59,766 nucleotides of DNA, filler included, from Sphacelaria rigidula (GCA_964200075.2; 9 parts of 9 records of this genome joined end to end with filler, not necessarily neighbours in it); one strand, 5' to 3'. Shown: positions 1 to 13,204, numbered from the whole stretch's first letter. Notes: generated by a model from the sequence alone, not told the origin. Program-made: numbers and translations.

Positions 1-1202
1 TGGGCAGAGACGATCGGCTGCGTACCATTAGTCGGGGTGAGCGGCGCGCAGCATGGTCTTACTTTGTGATGTCTCCAGAACCAACCCACGATAACCCCAA
101 TTTCATATCGAAATGCTGCACACACGAAACAACGGCCAGGCGCACTTTATAGCAATCCACAGCAGGGCAGTAAAGAAAGCATCTTGTCGTAGGGCAGAAG
201 ACCGCACTCCTGCGGCGATAAACTCCCTGCTCGATATTGACGAGCAAACAATCGTCTTGTGTTCTTGGTCAGCCAAGCACCGCGCATGCTTGATTGTATA
301 GGTGCTCTGACAATACAGACTGTATACAGTATAATTGAACTGCTCGAAATCGAGACGATCGCCGTTTCATACTGTTATTGCACTGTTGCTGTACAAGAGA
401 CCACGCTCTCTGCACACTATGTCTGTGGGCGCGACCTATTCGCAGGTGGAGTATGCAAATAAGAGCGTACAGGTCGCGAACGCCTCCAGAACCAATCCCA
501 CGACAAACCCAGTTTCGAATGCTGGTGAGCACACGAAACAACAGGCGTACCCCACAACAGTAGTAGCGCACATCATGGCTGTAAGACCCACTTACTGCAT
601 GGATATGTGACCACTGTGGAGGTATTTGGGGAAGATCGTTCGGAATGAAACATGTAGAATAGTATTCAAGGGTAACGTAGTACATCTTTCCCCGTTTAAA
701 ATCGAAATTTCCTCGCTTGAACGCTTTATACCCGTTACAATGAGCGACTGCTTCCCAAGAAAACCATCCGTAATTTCAGGACTTCCCCTGGGGTCTCATC
801 TTAACGCTGAGGTGGTCACAAATCCTATCTGAGGGAAAGGGTAGGGTCCGCCCCTGGATCAGACCCCGGTTGGGACCGTCAGGAGGGATATTCAAACTAC
901 AGCTGATGCGGGTTCTACATTAAAAGAAATGGCTCCAATTTCGCAAGCGCGTTGCGCTACCGTAGTATTGTTCGACAGCCTCACCGCGAAACCGGTTCTC
1001 AGTACAGCCACGGCGAAGGTGGCCATACAAGCCGTGATAGCTGATTCAGACTGGATGAAGCGCCTCGCATTGGCACTACTGGCGAAACAACCCCAAGCGT
1101 GGGACTAACTCTTACCCCCTTTGTGTGTGTCTGAAGCTTTATTGTGGAGCATCCATTTTTCGACTGTACTGTAGTGATGCTGGTGATGGTATATCTCAAC
1201 AG

Positions 1203-1356
1203 ACTGCTGAATGATGCTGCGTTTCGAAGATCGCTGGCGTCTGTCTCCGCATTGGATCGTTTCGCTGACGGTGGTCGTCGCCGGCGCAACAGTATGAAGT
1301 CTCTCTCAGATACTCAACAAGAGGCGCTCGAAAAACTCGATGACTATCCCAAAGAA
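1203..1356 (+). CDS. Candidate internal exon of an unidentified host gene
   Basis: CAG acceptor ends at 1202 and GTATGT donor starts at 1357. The frame is open between them (LLNDAAFRRSLASVSALDRFADGGRRRRNSMKSLSDTQQEALEKLDDYPKE). No recognisable domain. Confidence 0.3.
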
Positions 1357-1570
1357 GTATGTTTTCAGCATGCTTTGTTACGTGTTCCGCAGCGCTTAGA
1401 CGCAGGGGTTGCTCGAAACATGCCGCACAATGAATCACGGCGGTTTTTCTGTTGGACTGCTCATCATCATGCTTTTGCTGCCTTGCAGAAACTTCTGGGT
1501 TAGGGGTATATGGTCGCAACCGGTTGCGAATCCCGAGCCTTTTGAACAAATTAAATGGAACTTCGATGGT

Positions 1571-1620
1571 CTGTTGAACCTCAATTACATGTTGAACCTC
1601 AAAAACGAATCCAGGCTGTT
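1571..1620 (-). mobile_element. Terminus of an AACAG-type MITE
   Basis: Reverse complement reads AACAG-N14-TGAGGTTCAAC-N7-TGAGGTTCAAC, the same end architecture as at 4006, 6480 and 42805. Confidence 0.6.
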
Positions 1621-4005
1621 ATTTTTAGTGTTGAACGAAAAAATCACTTGCTTTTAGTAAACCACGGGACAATCAACAGGCTGTGACACGGGATATGATT
1701 CATCTTGGCTCGGATGTTGTGTCAAACAACTACTTGATTTTAGTGTTGTGTGGCGATTAGAGCGAGGCAGTACATACCATGAGGCTCACGAACATGAACG
1801 GCGAGGGTTCTATACATGGTATGCCTGAATTAAGATAGAGCATGGGTGGTAAACACCGCTACTGCACCAGAATCTGGCAGTTCTACTCAATAGTGAAAGG
1901 GCCCCGGCGTCGAACGAAGAAGCCTGTTTGCCTGTGAACTGTAGCTTTCTCCCCGCCATTTACCGTAAAACGGCGCACAGTTGGGGTGCGGTCCAACACA
2001 CTTCCAAGTTCACTTAGCAGCATTTTCATCAGATAGAGAGCTTAGCTTTTGATTTAGAGTCAGCTTTGATACGTAGGAACACGTTGTTTTCATGTGTTCC
2101 TAATAGTGCATGAAACACTTACTACATTCCTGAATGTCAGGTGTACCGATGCCGATTCAACAGATCACCAACCCTACCGATTGAAGGGTTAATTCGAATG
2201 ACGTAGCGTTGTACGTGTACAGTGTAGATTAAGATTCGCGAGCTGTAAGACTAATGGTGAAGAACGATCCGTTTTGTTGAAATATCGATTAAAAGGGAAG
2301 GGGAATGGGGATATCAAACATTACCATCGAAAGATTCCTCTCATCATCCACACGCCGCTGTACATTCAGCAGGTTATGATTACACGTCGCACATAGTATC
2401 ACGCATTTCAAAAATGTTCTTCCCATTAACACATTAATGCGAATGCAGGGTAGTAGACCGTAGAGATGTCAAAGAATCGCATGGTGGCGTTTGCTTGTCT
2501 TCGGACTATATGTCCAACGACTAACTCTTCGGAATGTTGACCCATTGATCGTCAGGATTGGTAATCAGGGCCACTCAGCAACATTTCAAGTGAAAATGAT
2601 GCCGATTTTACAGCCGTCTACAAAGCTGGCCCTCGATCAGAAACTACACTCCCAATCTCACTTGTGATAATATTGCCGTGTTCTCTTTGGGCTTCGTCTA
2701 AGAGGGTTTTCTGTTTTTCGGGTGCGTTTTCTCGACATCCTGCCGCAAAAAAGTGAACAACTTTTTTCAGTACGCTGCTACCGTGCTGTGTGTAATACGT
2801 ATACACATCCTCTCATTGCCTCTGTGCAATGTATTTCAATCCTTCAAAACTTGACCAAAAAAGTGTACATAACATTTTCCGCCCATGGCACGCCGTGCGG
2901 TAGAGGGAAGGATTCGTTTCTGACCCACACCCGCAATGTTGGAGCTTGCCGGCCTGGGTGTTCCTCATTTCCGGTTAACTCGAACTTGTTTTCGACCTTG
3001 CGCCTCGATGTGGTAACGGTATTCAATGTTCGGAACAGCTGTGTGTTTAACCAATTCGAAACGAACATACCGCAAGAAGTTGACGCATGACTCGAGCAGT
3101 GTTGCAAGTTAGCCTCCGACAATCGTCCTACCATACATGTATTGTAGTACCGCGTGTTTTGTGATATCTACGGTCTAAATCCAACGGAGACTAACTCTGG
3201 GGTCCTAAACCCTTACGATATGCGAGACAATACAATGTATCAACTCTTCTCCACGGTATTTGAGGGGAGATTTGGGCCGTAGCCCGACGGATTCGTGATC
3301 GCACGCTCGTCGACTGGCTGGCGGAGCTACGCGGCTGTTAAGGGTATGCCATTGATGCAGGTAGTGGCAGGTGTGCTCCGACGCAGCAAAGATAGCTTCA
3401 ATATAGCTACAGTCAAATATGCGATTAATTGTGTAGAGATGTGTACAGGCGATCCTTTGGTGTCAAGAGATACGTTCTGGTCGCTGTTAATGCGGACCGC
3501 TGAGTCTGGCCAAAGAAACACAAAAATGTTGTCAACCGAAAACCGGGGTCGGTTGTCCGTCGCTGAAGTGCTTGGCAAGGTGGTCGTTGTTGTTATGGTG
3601 CGCGCTCGCTGATCTTCCGTAATACTGGGGAAGCTAGCTCTTGACGCAATCATTTATCAATCAGTTTGCCTAAGAACGGATTTGAGCCTTACAGACGTGC
3701 GAAATATACGAGTCGATCACTCAAGAGTTGATCATGTAGACGATACGATACTAGCGGATCATGACCTACACATAGATGATTGATTGTGGTGATCCCGTTG
3801 TTGGCAACATACGGACAGCTGCTGCCGCCGCTACGTCCAGCCTCGCTTTCTACAAGTGGCACCAAAAATAATTACCACGCTAAGTACAACAGGGAAAACT
3901 CCCCAGCTTGTGCGTTCCAACACAAGAGACAGGGGGAGCCCTACTAGCACACCTCCCTCCATCGTAGCTGCACACGTACACTCTTTCGCCATTACACGCA
4001 CTTAG

Positions 4006-4448
4006 AAGAGCCGATCATCGAAATTGAGGATGGAGCTTCCATTGAGGATGAGAACCCGGAGGATTGAAATCTTCGTATCTACACCAAATCTTCGAAATAC
4101 GGTTCCGTTTTATCACCTACTGGTAGCTATTGACAAGCACCCCATATCATACAAATTTGGATTTCGATGACCGAAATCTTGTGATCCTAGATGAAGAAAC
4201 AGTTATAGGGAATTTAGGCGATCTAATCGGATTACCCAAATTCCACAGAATTGTTTCTTGATCTAGGACCCCAACATTTCGGTCATCGAAATCCAAAATT
4301 GTAGGGCGTGTAGCACTTGTCAATAGCTACCAATAGGTGAAGGAATGGAACCATATTTCGAAGATTACGTGTGGATACGAAGATTTGAATCCTTCGGGTT
4401 CTCATCCTCGAAGGAAAGCTCCATCCTCAGTTTCCGTGATCGGCTGTT
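4006..4448. mobile_element. Foldback MITE (~440 bp hairpin), AACAG-end group
   Basis: The two halves are imperfect reverse complements along the whole length, centre near 4225. Flanks TTAG/TAAG are a 3/4 match to a 4-bp TSD. A second copy of the right end lies at 33261-33324. Confidence 0.85.
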
Positions 4449-6479
4449 TAAGGTGGAAGGGCGTCGCCAAACCGGAGCACCTTGCCCCCATGTCGCGCTA
4501 CTAACGTTTACATGTATTGCAAAAAAGTGAACATAAACTACAGCAAAAAACAATGGGAGTCGCACTACTGTTGCACTACACCGCGACAGAGAGCGAAGAT
4601 GCTTGCATACTTGACCGTATCATCTCTCTCTCTCTCCTTCGATACTAGTAAACTCACGACCTTCTACTATGGTTACTATTTCATTCATCCTAGGGAAATG
4701 AAGGTTTCCAACCGTAACATCTTCCCCGCATCACCCATCACGTGGCATTTTAAGGCTCGAAGACAGCTAGAAGAAAACACAACGACGCTCGACGCGGGGA
4801 GGGCCACCATCATGTGCACGATATATCCAAGCCATACCTCGCTGGGCGGTGCACTCGAAAGCGAGTGTGTACCAAAAGCGGGAAAAGGGCGTGCAACTAC
4901 AGCCCGGCCCTCTCTCTACCCCAACTACCGAAACCCATCAAAAGCATGGACAAACATGTCACATCGAGCACCTCGTCTAATGGATGCTGCCAGTTCGCAC
5001 ATGTTACCTCCCGATTTCTGGTCCTCATGTCCCAGACCGACCAAATTACTCTACCCTTTCTTCAAACGACCTGGGCCAGCCTAGAAGTGAATTAGAGGTC
5101 GAGAGTGGATTTCCAACCTCAGTTTTGAGGCTTGTGCTTCGAACTTTGGCACAGTGTGTCGCAGGGAGAAAATAAAGAGAATGCATTCTGCACGTTGAGG
5201 ATTTTTCCTTTTTCACAAGTTAAGGGCAACAACCAAGATATATTTATCACAAAAACGTCTTTACCTCGTGTAAAAAACAATCACGTGCTGCATGCATCCG
5301 CTTCATTTTTCCCTGCCATACGTAATACCGATTTTTAGATCACAACTCCCAAAGAGGAGGTGGGAATTCCACTTTTAGTGCATTTTGTGCAATACACTGT
5401 ATTTGAATTGAAATATCGGAACGACGTATTTCTTGCTAGCGACGCATTAGGTATAGGTGAGGGTATCGATCGTCTTCCCTCACTCCAAGCAATATCAACA
5501 CACCAAAAATCAGCCCCGCCCACTCTTCACCACATCGTGACCGGGTTTCCGTACGGACTGGGGCATCGAGATATCTCCTCCTTACGTCACGGAATTCGCT
5601 CTACATGACGTTCAATCAACAAAAACGCATGATCGGGTTGTTGGGTAGATGGGCATCTTCCCCCCGGTTGGACGATTAACGAGATGTGCGGATCACAACC
5701 TAATTCTTCTGCGTCGATGAGATATGGCTGTGACAGCTCCAGCCCGTCTTTAGGCTGGTCCAGCTCGTAAGCAAACACGGAAAGCGGATAGCTTGTGCCA
5801 TTCCTCACGGAAACTTAGGTGGCATTGCATCATTCACAACGTGAGAAAACTGACGACGTGTGTTAGGCACTTCCTCAGGTACCAAGGAAAAACCACAACA
5901 CGAAGAACTTCAACGATGCCTTGGATGTGATGAATGCACAGACCATAGCTCGCGCAGTCGACCACACTACTCATCCTGTGAAGGACCGAAAGCATGACCA
6001 ACTTCACAAGAAACCTTCACGTCTAGATGGCACTTCCTCGAGTTCCCAGTCAAATCAGAGATGAACGTACGCCTTCGTTCCGCTTTTCATGTACAGGACA
6101 AAAGTTCACTACTTAACGCCACTTGCCTTGTGCAACGTCACGAGCCCCCGACACCTCGGCGCCACTTCTCATTCTCGACACGAGAACCGAGGCAAACACG
6201 TTTATGCCACTCCTAATTTTCCCGGAGATCTACATTTTTCCTCACGCCCCCCCGAGTGCAAAAAGATGGAGGTAAACTCTTGACACCTGTTGGTCACTCT
6301 TCACGTACAGAATACAAGCTGAGGCCGGCACCTTGGTGTTATGTACGAAGCCAAACCCCTACACAGTCTTCGGGTGTGCCCCTATGTGCAAAACGCAAAC
6401 CGATTCATCACGCCTTGGTTCGCGCAATGCACTCTAGACGATCTTCTCATAGCGGAATCGCCATCTTCGAACAGCTCAT

Positions 6480-6552
6480 AACAGCAAATTGTGCGAATTG
6501 AGGTTTAACTTCGAGATGAGGTACAAGCCTAAAACAGTGCTTTCCCCACACT
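6480..6552 (+). mobile_element. Left end of an AACAG-type MITE, truncated by contig end
   Basis: AACAG-N14-TGAGGTTTAAC..TGAGGTACAAG. A near-identical reverse complement starts contig 9 (53216-53290). Confidence 0.75.
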
Positions 6553-6652
6553 NNNNNNNNNNNNNNNNNNNNNNNNNNNNNNNNNNNNNNNNNNNNTTAA
6601 TTAATTAANNNNNNNNNNNNNNNNNNNNNNNNNNNNNNNNNNNNNNNNNNNN
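6553..6652. other. Artificial contig linker
   Basis: 44N-TTAATTAATTAA-44N; the 12-mer gives stops in all six frames. Confidence 0.99.
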
Positions 6653-6908
6653 GGTAATCGCCGAGCGAGGACACACGAAGGACACGGGCGAGGAGCTTCC
6701 TCTCTGTCGTTGCTTCTCTCTCTGGTGATACTCGTGTACACCGCATTCGCTGGGTGCACCTAGCCCAAACTGCCCAACTCCTCCTCCTGCGGAGTTTTGG
6801 AGGGAAAGACTTCCCTTCTGTGTTACTGTTTGGTATTTTCCCAACGAAAGCGATATGCGAGTTGAACCTCATTTCAGAGATCAACCCCGAAAATTAGGAT
6901 CCGCTGTT
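6653..6908 (-). mobile_element. Right arm of an AACAG-type MITE, truncated by contig start
   Basis: Ends GAGTTGAACCTCATTTCAGAGATCAACCCCG..CTGTT, similar to the right end of 42805-43226. Confidence 0.65.
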
Positions 6909-7544
6909 AACTGATGATCCGGTATAAATCCAGCCGTGTTCGCAGGGTGGACATTAGGGAGGTAGAAAAACATCATGATTCATTGTGCCAAGAATAGAGA
7001 CAAAAACTTACACACAACCGTTCGAACAGGGACGGACGGCAGAAAAACAGAAAAACAAAACAATGACAACATAAGAAAACAAAGTTAAATCAACGAATAA
7101 AAGAACAAAACTACAGAACAGCAGTGTAGCCACCGAATTTGTCCACGAGATCACAAGCTCGTGTCACCCTTCGCATCTCTTTAAAGGCACAAGGTCTCTG
7201 ATTACTTCGTAGTCCATATTTTGACGCTAGTAACACTGAACGGTAAAACGGTACACAGCAACTCAAAGTAATGCATACTATGGTCGGAAGGCGTCCGTAT
7301 CAGATGCCCAGTACAAATGTACCGCGCAGATATCGGAACGGTTTCCAATGTGAAGACAACCACAGCAACAACAACAGTAATGGTTGGGTATGGTGTGGCG
7401 GTGCATGCTGCCGCGGCGCTGAACTTGCGCTTACATCGCGTGCGTATTATGATGGCGTATGCACACTCTTCTTGAACCTATGTATCATAACATGCGAGTA
7501 CCACATATATGCTAATCTCACATTCATCGTGGTACAAGTTGAGC

Positions 7545-7881
7545 GTGTGACGGTCGTGACGTTCATCCAGACGTCACAAACGTATGATAATGTGACGTGT
7601 GACGTATTTTATGACGTAACGCATAAAGTACGTTACACGTTACGGGAAACGTTTCAAAATACGTTACTGTGACGTATATAAAGAAATATGTCACGTCACG
7701 TCACATTTGTGACGTATTGAAAAATTAAACGTTATGTCACGTCACATTTGTTCACCGGTAGGTTGTGTTACGTCACATTCGTGACGTATTCGAAAAACAT
7801 ACGTTACCTTAGGTCGCACCCCTGTGACGTACGTTTCTGACGTGTAACGTACGTTTCTGACGTGTAACGTGAAGAGCCCTG
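7545..7881. mobile_element. hAT-like non-autonomous element remnant with dense TGACGT/GTCACGT subterminal repeats
   Basis: Many (G)TGACGT/ACGTCAC/ACGTTAC motifs in both orientations. Right end GTGAAGAGCCCTG reads CAGGGCTCTTCAC in reverse complement and matches TAGGGCTCTTCAC at 28014. Left end not found. Confidence 0.55.
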
Positions 7882-7983
7882 ATATGTTTTCCTCATAACC
7901 TGCTGCAAAAAAAAGGGGAAAAAACGAACCGGAAGAAACGGCCTAAGAAAGGTCCTTATGCCAGAAATTATGCTATCATAATA

Positions 7984-8191
7984 GAGGTATCTCGAACTCG
8001 GCTCCCGGCATCCTGATTTATTCGCTGGCTCTGAGTTGTGTGCTTTTTTTTCAAGTGAAAGTGATCGAGATTCATGGGAGGACCTGACTTGGCGGTCAAA
8101 GGTCTCATCGTCTGATGAATCGCCATCACTTTCACTTGAAAAAATATAACAAAACAAACCAGGATACCGGGAGGCGAGTTTGAGATACCTC
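7984..8191. mobile_element. MITE with ~30-bp TIRs (GAGGTATCTC...GAGATACCTC)
   Basis: GAGGTATCTCGAACTCGGCTCCCGGCATCCTG versus reverse complement GAGGTATCTCAAACTCGCCTCCCGGTATCCTG; flanked by TA on both sides. Confidence 0.75.
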
Positions 8192-8657
8192 TAATGAGTA
8201 GAAGCCTAAACCCCCCACTGTTTCGTGCAGACGCCAGACAAGTAATTCCTAATTAGCCTCATTGGTTGTTCTGGAGGCTTGGTCCCTAAAGGGTTAATCA
8301 TAGGACACCCCTGTTCCTAACCATATCTCGCCTAAGCGTAGGAATACTCTTCCCACATGTTTTTGCGCCAGGCACCCCCCGACACACACCATGCGTGCGA
8401 CCGGTTGACATCAGAGAAGCTCGAATACAGGATCTCAGCCCCCATTTTGGTCACGCGAGCAAGAGTTAAGTCACCCGCACAAGGTATCTTTTTTCACTTC
8501 GCATACCAAGAACGTCCACACGAGTGTTTGATCGCTCATACATCTATTCCCGCAACTGGGATGTGGCAGACTGTCTGTTGTCCTTGTTTCAGTGTCATTC
8601 CTTTTCCATATTGTTATGGCGGCAGTTGTGTGGAAGAATATGCATCTTCCAGTAGGT

Positions 8658-9268
8658 TGTGAAGGGGTTAGGCCTGGTGCATGGTAGACACGCTTGAGTA
8701 GTAAGGCAGGAGGGCCAGACATAAGGCCTAACACACCAGCTGAGGGGCAAAGAACAGTTCTACAGCGTACGAGGCTGACGTTCTGTGCTCTGGATATCAA
8801 ATCAGTCTCACGCGCAGGTAATGACAGTATGACTTCTTGATTGCTCAATTCCTTAATCCCTTAAGTACTTCTCAGTGCTCAATCTCTCTCGCGGAGTCAA
8901 TCAGTCTCACCGGAGATGTAAGAGTTTCCTCGTCGGGATGAAGCGGTGTGTGACCGAGGGCGATCTCATCGACAATCATCCCTCGCTATATACAAGTTCA
9001 TACTCGTATCTGACCGATTATGAACAGACCTGCAATCTTGGAATGACCCTGAAATATCCAATCTCGACATTGCTAGATCTGTCAACGGGTCTGAGGCGGC
9101 ATGATAACAGGCTACTATTCTCCCTCATGATGCTAACCCACCCACACGAACCTTTATTACAGCTGCGAGGATTTATCCCCAAAAGCAGCGAGAACTCAGG
9201 TTTTTCTTTACTCGAAAAGTCATGAGCGGGTAATGAGGCACACCAAAGGAAACACTCCCGTACCCACA
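8658..9268 (-). repeat. Putative 3' LTR of the contig-2 Ty3/gypsy element
   Basis: On the minus strand it follows the pol end and a purine-rich tract (GAGGTGTGGGAG), begins TGTG and ends TTCACA. No second LTR is available to confirm it. Confidence 0.4.
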
Positions 9269-9829
9269 CTCCCACACCTCAAAAATTAAAGGAAGCATAT
9301 ACTGCTTCGAGGAGCAGAAAAACTGCTTCCAAACGCGGGAGAACAAACTGCTTCTGCGTGCTAGCGATCAACGAAGAAGCACATATTGCTTCGGCGTCCT
9401 AGCAAAACGAAGGGGGAAACCCGGGAGGTACAACAGAGACCAGAGCTTCTACCTGGGGGATTCCAAAGAAAAACGGCAAGATCCGTAGCGGCCGACGCAT
9501 ATTGGTCGGAAGCAAGGGAACCAAATTGTGAAATCGGTGATACAACGAGATCGAGCGTCAGCCAAAACGAAAACAAAAAGGGGGGAGTACTGGAGCTTCA
9601 GTAGTCGTAGATGGCTGGTGGCTCCTAGTAGAGTCCGAGCGTAGTCCGATGTAAGTAGTCCTGTTGTGTATGTCATAGAGTCGGGTCCTAGCGAAGAAGG
9701 GAGGGCAAAATACTACGGAAGGGAAGAAAGGTCGCAGTGAAGGGGCGTGTTTCAAAGCGGTGCGTGGACGTCATGGGTGTGATCGATGTTGCGCTGGATA
9801 CCACGGCGAAGTCCTTTTGATTTGAGTCT

Positions 9830-12800
9830 CTAAAGGCACCAGGATCCGCGTGGGGCAGATGGGCTAGTGGTGTATCGTGCTGGCCGAAGCATGAGCTGGA
9901 TGGGTCCAGGATCATCGATGAAGCGCACGATGTATGTGTCGGCAGAAACCAGGTTAGCTGAGTGGGTCTGACCCAACCACCAGAGGTTGTCGCTGCCTTT
10001 GAACCAAAGGTAGCTTACCTTTGGGTAGTATTCGCTGGCTTGCGAAGAACTTCGCCTTACAAATCTTGGTGGGTACAAGTTCGTAGCCATCAGCGACAAA
10101 GCGTACTCCTTGATCGCGGTGGTGTTCGCGGGCTGCTGCACCACGACACATGTTGCGATATTTCTTGTTGTGGGCAAGATGCTGGTGTTGGGATTGTGTC
10201 CAGTACAGGAGGATTGCACGGCGGTGCAATTGAAGGCCGGATTCGCGTTCCCAAGACGCTCTCCGAAGACCTTGCCAGTGTGTCTTATACATGACAGCAG
10301 TTTTGCCACCTCGATCACGAGTGATTTAGTGGCCGGAGATGGTGAACACGGTCAGGCGGAGGGGCTTTTCCGTCACGTCGTCCGTAGTAACATGATAGGG
10401 CGGGGGCTTGGTCAAGTAGCTGTTGAGAACATACTGAATAAATCCGGCAGGCGAGTACTTGGGCATGTAGCTAGTAGCGTGCGGGTTCCTGCAGAGTTTT
10501 CATCTGTGCACAGAGACGCGGGTTTTGGTGTCCGTGCCATGGAGGTCGTGAGGCAGGCCGAGATAGAGCAGTTTGTCGCCAACGGATTTATCATCCGGGG
10601 ATGATGACGATCGTTCGACTGAGAGGATCTTGAATGGTCCTGCCCAATTGAGGGACAATTTATCGTCAAATTGTTTCGTTGGCGGCCTTGCTGGTGCCTT
10701 GACGGATAGTCGACAAACTGTTGTAGATCCAAACCCACTCGCGAACTTTCCAGTTGGGGCGTTTGTGCATGAGATTGTAGAGAGCGGTGTTAGATCTCTC
10801 GAGGCGCAAGGCGCTAATAGCATGTTTTTCGCGCACGAGGGTAAACGCTTTGCGTTGTCGTGAATGTGCCAGCTCGTGATAAGATATCTGATCCTGATCC
10901 AATCCTTGGTGACCATCGAACGTGTGTCGCTCAAACACGGTGATGGGCAGCCGAGAGTAGCATCCAAGATGGAGTTCGTTCGGGGAAATGCCTGTGGTGG
11001 CGTTCACCAGGTTGTTGTAGTACAGTATGATGTGCGAGAGGTGTAGGTCCCAGTCATTTTGGCGGTCATTGACAACCACAGAGAGCACCTGAGCCATGGT
11101 GTGATTTACTCTTTCGGTACCACCGTTACTATTAGGGTGGTAGGCGCTCGTGGCAATTTTGCGGATGCCCAGAAGCTTGTAAAGCTCATCAGAGAGACAT
11201 AAGGTGGTCCGGAGCGTTGGGGAGTCCCACAGAGATGACGGGCCAGCATACTGTCTGTCGTGAAGTTTCTCGAGCTTGGAAATTTGTAGCATTGCCGAAT
11301 CCAGAAGCAGGTGGAAATTTCCATACCAAGCCACCAGTAGAAGCGTTCCAGGAGCGCTAAGGTGCGAGTGACGCCAGGGTGACATGACAAGTCCGTGTGG
11401 CAGCCTTTCATGACCCAGGGGCGCATTAATAATGCGACAAATATGCGCGTTGGTTCGTCATCGAGTAGTCGTGAGTGGTGTCCCCTGGTTGAGACGGAAA
11501 TTGTGCCCGTCAAAGGCGTGGTGCAACGCACGAATAGTTGTACGCCTTCATCCGCGGTAAAAACGGTGCCTTTACGTACGAGGTCGTGTACGTCAGAGAT
11601 ATCTAGGGGTGGCAGTGTGCCGACCGGGGCCAGAATGGCGAATGGAAAAGGGACAGGGCAGGCAAGCTGTAAGTACCGGATGGCTGCTCGACATAAAGGT
11701 TCCGCGTTCTGTTCGCGGGCACAATCTCGGTGAGAGTAGCTGGCGAGAAACTCGCGTAGTTGACCTTCCGCTGGAGAGCCGACCACCAAACATGTTGGGG
11801 TTGGCAGCGGGGGAATAGGCGACGGGGCAGAAATGCCGACGTCAATATCTGCCCCGGGAGCAGGAGCTGAGTTCTCGACTCTATGCTCGGGAGCGGTAGC
11901 TGTAGGCGGCATTTACAACTTCTTCGCGGCGCGTGATGGATGTTGCAGTATTTTGCGCGGAGCGTTGCTTACTGGTCCGTTGGACCGGCGCTGCATGGCT
12001 CGTGGGATTTGTATATCTATGTTATCGGTGGCGGCGGGGCACTTGGGGGTGTGGTTCGGGCGGCAGACCGGGAGCGCGTGTTATCGGAGATTAGGTGGAT
12101 GACCGAAGGTGTCTCCGTGAAAAGCTTCGCGCGAGTACCGAAAGCGCGGAAATCGATAAAATCGGAGGTAGCGGGTTTTAACCCACCCAAACGACGTCAT
12201 ATGGTAAAGGGCGAAGACCGCCCATGTGCATACCAGTCTCTGGATACTGTAGGTCAAGGGCATAAACGGGCGTTGAAAAACGTACAGGGTAGATCCCAGG
12301 TTCATCGAGTTTCGTTAAACAGCAAGCCGGGCTGAAATCTGCGGCCGTAGGCGGCAGGGGTAATCCGGAAAGAAGGTCAGCGTTTCCGTTGGTTTTGCCT
12401 GGACGGTGCTTTATGGTATACTGGTACGCTGTTGGAAATTCCAACCATCGTTGTACACGCGGGTTGTGTTCGCCAACCTTGGCGAGTTGTTCGAGTGCCC
12501 CATGATCCGTGTAGATCTCAAATGGCACGTGAAACAAAACATGTCGGAGGCGCTTAATGGCCCCGGTGATTACTCCGCCGTCCAATTCTAGCGGGCTCCA
12601 GTTGGCCTCGTTGGGCAGGGTGGCCCGGCTGATGTAGAGGATGGATCGAATGGAGCCGTCAACCTGTGGTTGATTCAAACCTCCTCCAAATCCGTCTGTG
12701 CTGGCGTCAGTGTGTAGTTGGGAGTGATGCTACGGTAGGGGTACAGAAATATTTTCTAAGGTTACAATTCTTACGAGCCCTCTATCTCATGCAAAACACG

Positions 12801-13140
12801 ACCTATGAAAATATGTGAAAGTACGACAAGATTACTTTTCCAATATGCGGGAGATATCCCGAATAAATTTGTAAACGGGTAATCCTGATCCATATTTTCG
12901 TGCATCTAGAATCGTTAGGAGCCCCTGAACTAGACATGATTTCGCGAAAAAAGTGCACCCCTACCGTAGCATTGCTCTTGGAAAAGGCGAGAGCCATCTT
13001 GTACTGCCTCCCCATCAGGGAAATAGAATACCAGTTTTTCGGTAAGCGTTTTCAGCAATTCGCGGGTGATATTCTCCACATCGATGGTGAAGGTAAACAC
13101 GGCTCCTTTCTTGAGTAACTCAGTAAGGGGAGTCATCCTT
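9830..13140 (-). pseudogene. Decayed Ty3/gypsy (chromovirus-type) pol: RT end, RNase H, integrase, chromodomain, Tudor-like tail
   Basis: PLTELLKKG (RT/connection); QLHTDAS, YISRATL, IYTDHGAL, RVQRW (RNase H); H..H.G..RT..LL..FYWW (integrase Zn finger); TSAYHPNSNGGTERVNHT (rve core); W.GPF; YKTHWQGL..ASWE (chromodomain). Multiple frameshifts and stops. Confidence 0.93.
12722..12977. mobile_element. Sola-like MITE inserted in RNase H, 4-bp TSD TTGG
   Basis: TIRs GAGTGATGCTACGGTAGGGGT / ACCCCTACCGTAGCATTGCTC with TTGG at 12718-12721 and 12978-12981. Removing the element and one TSD restores SRLFQLHTDAS. Confidence 0.88.
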
Positions 13141-13204
13141 CGATAGGGGGGGGGTATTTGGTTGCACGAAAAAAGAGGCTCATAAGTGTGTCAGACATCC
13201 TTCC

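Noticed and set aside
5690..5830. Weak resemblance (VDEIW...HGNL) to ycf45/SpoIIIAA-type ATPase motifs
   Set aside because: In-frame stops, no Walker A motif nearby; similarity too short to support.
6597..6608. Regularly spaced TTAATTAATTAA motif every ~6.65 kb
   Set aside because: Always embedded in 44N..44N; an artificial six-frame-stop linker.
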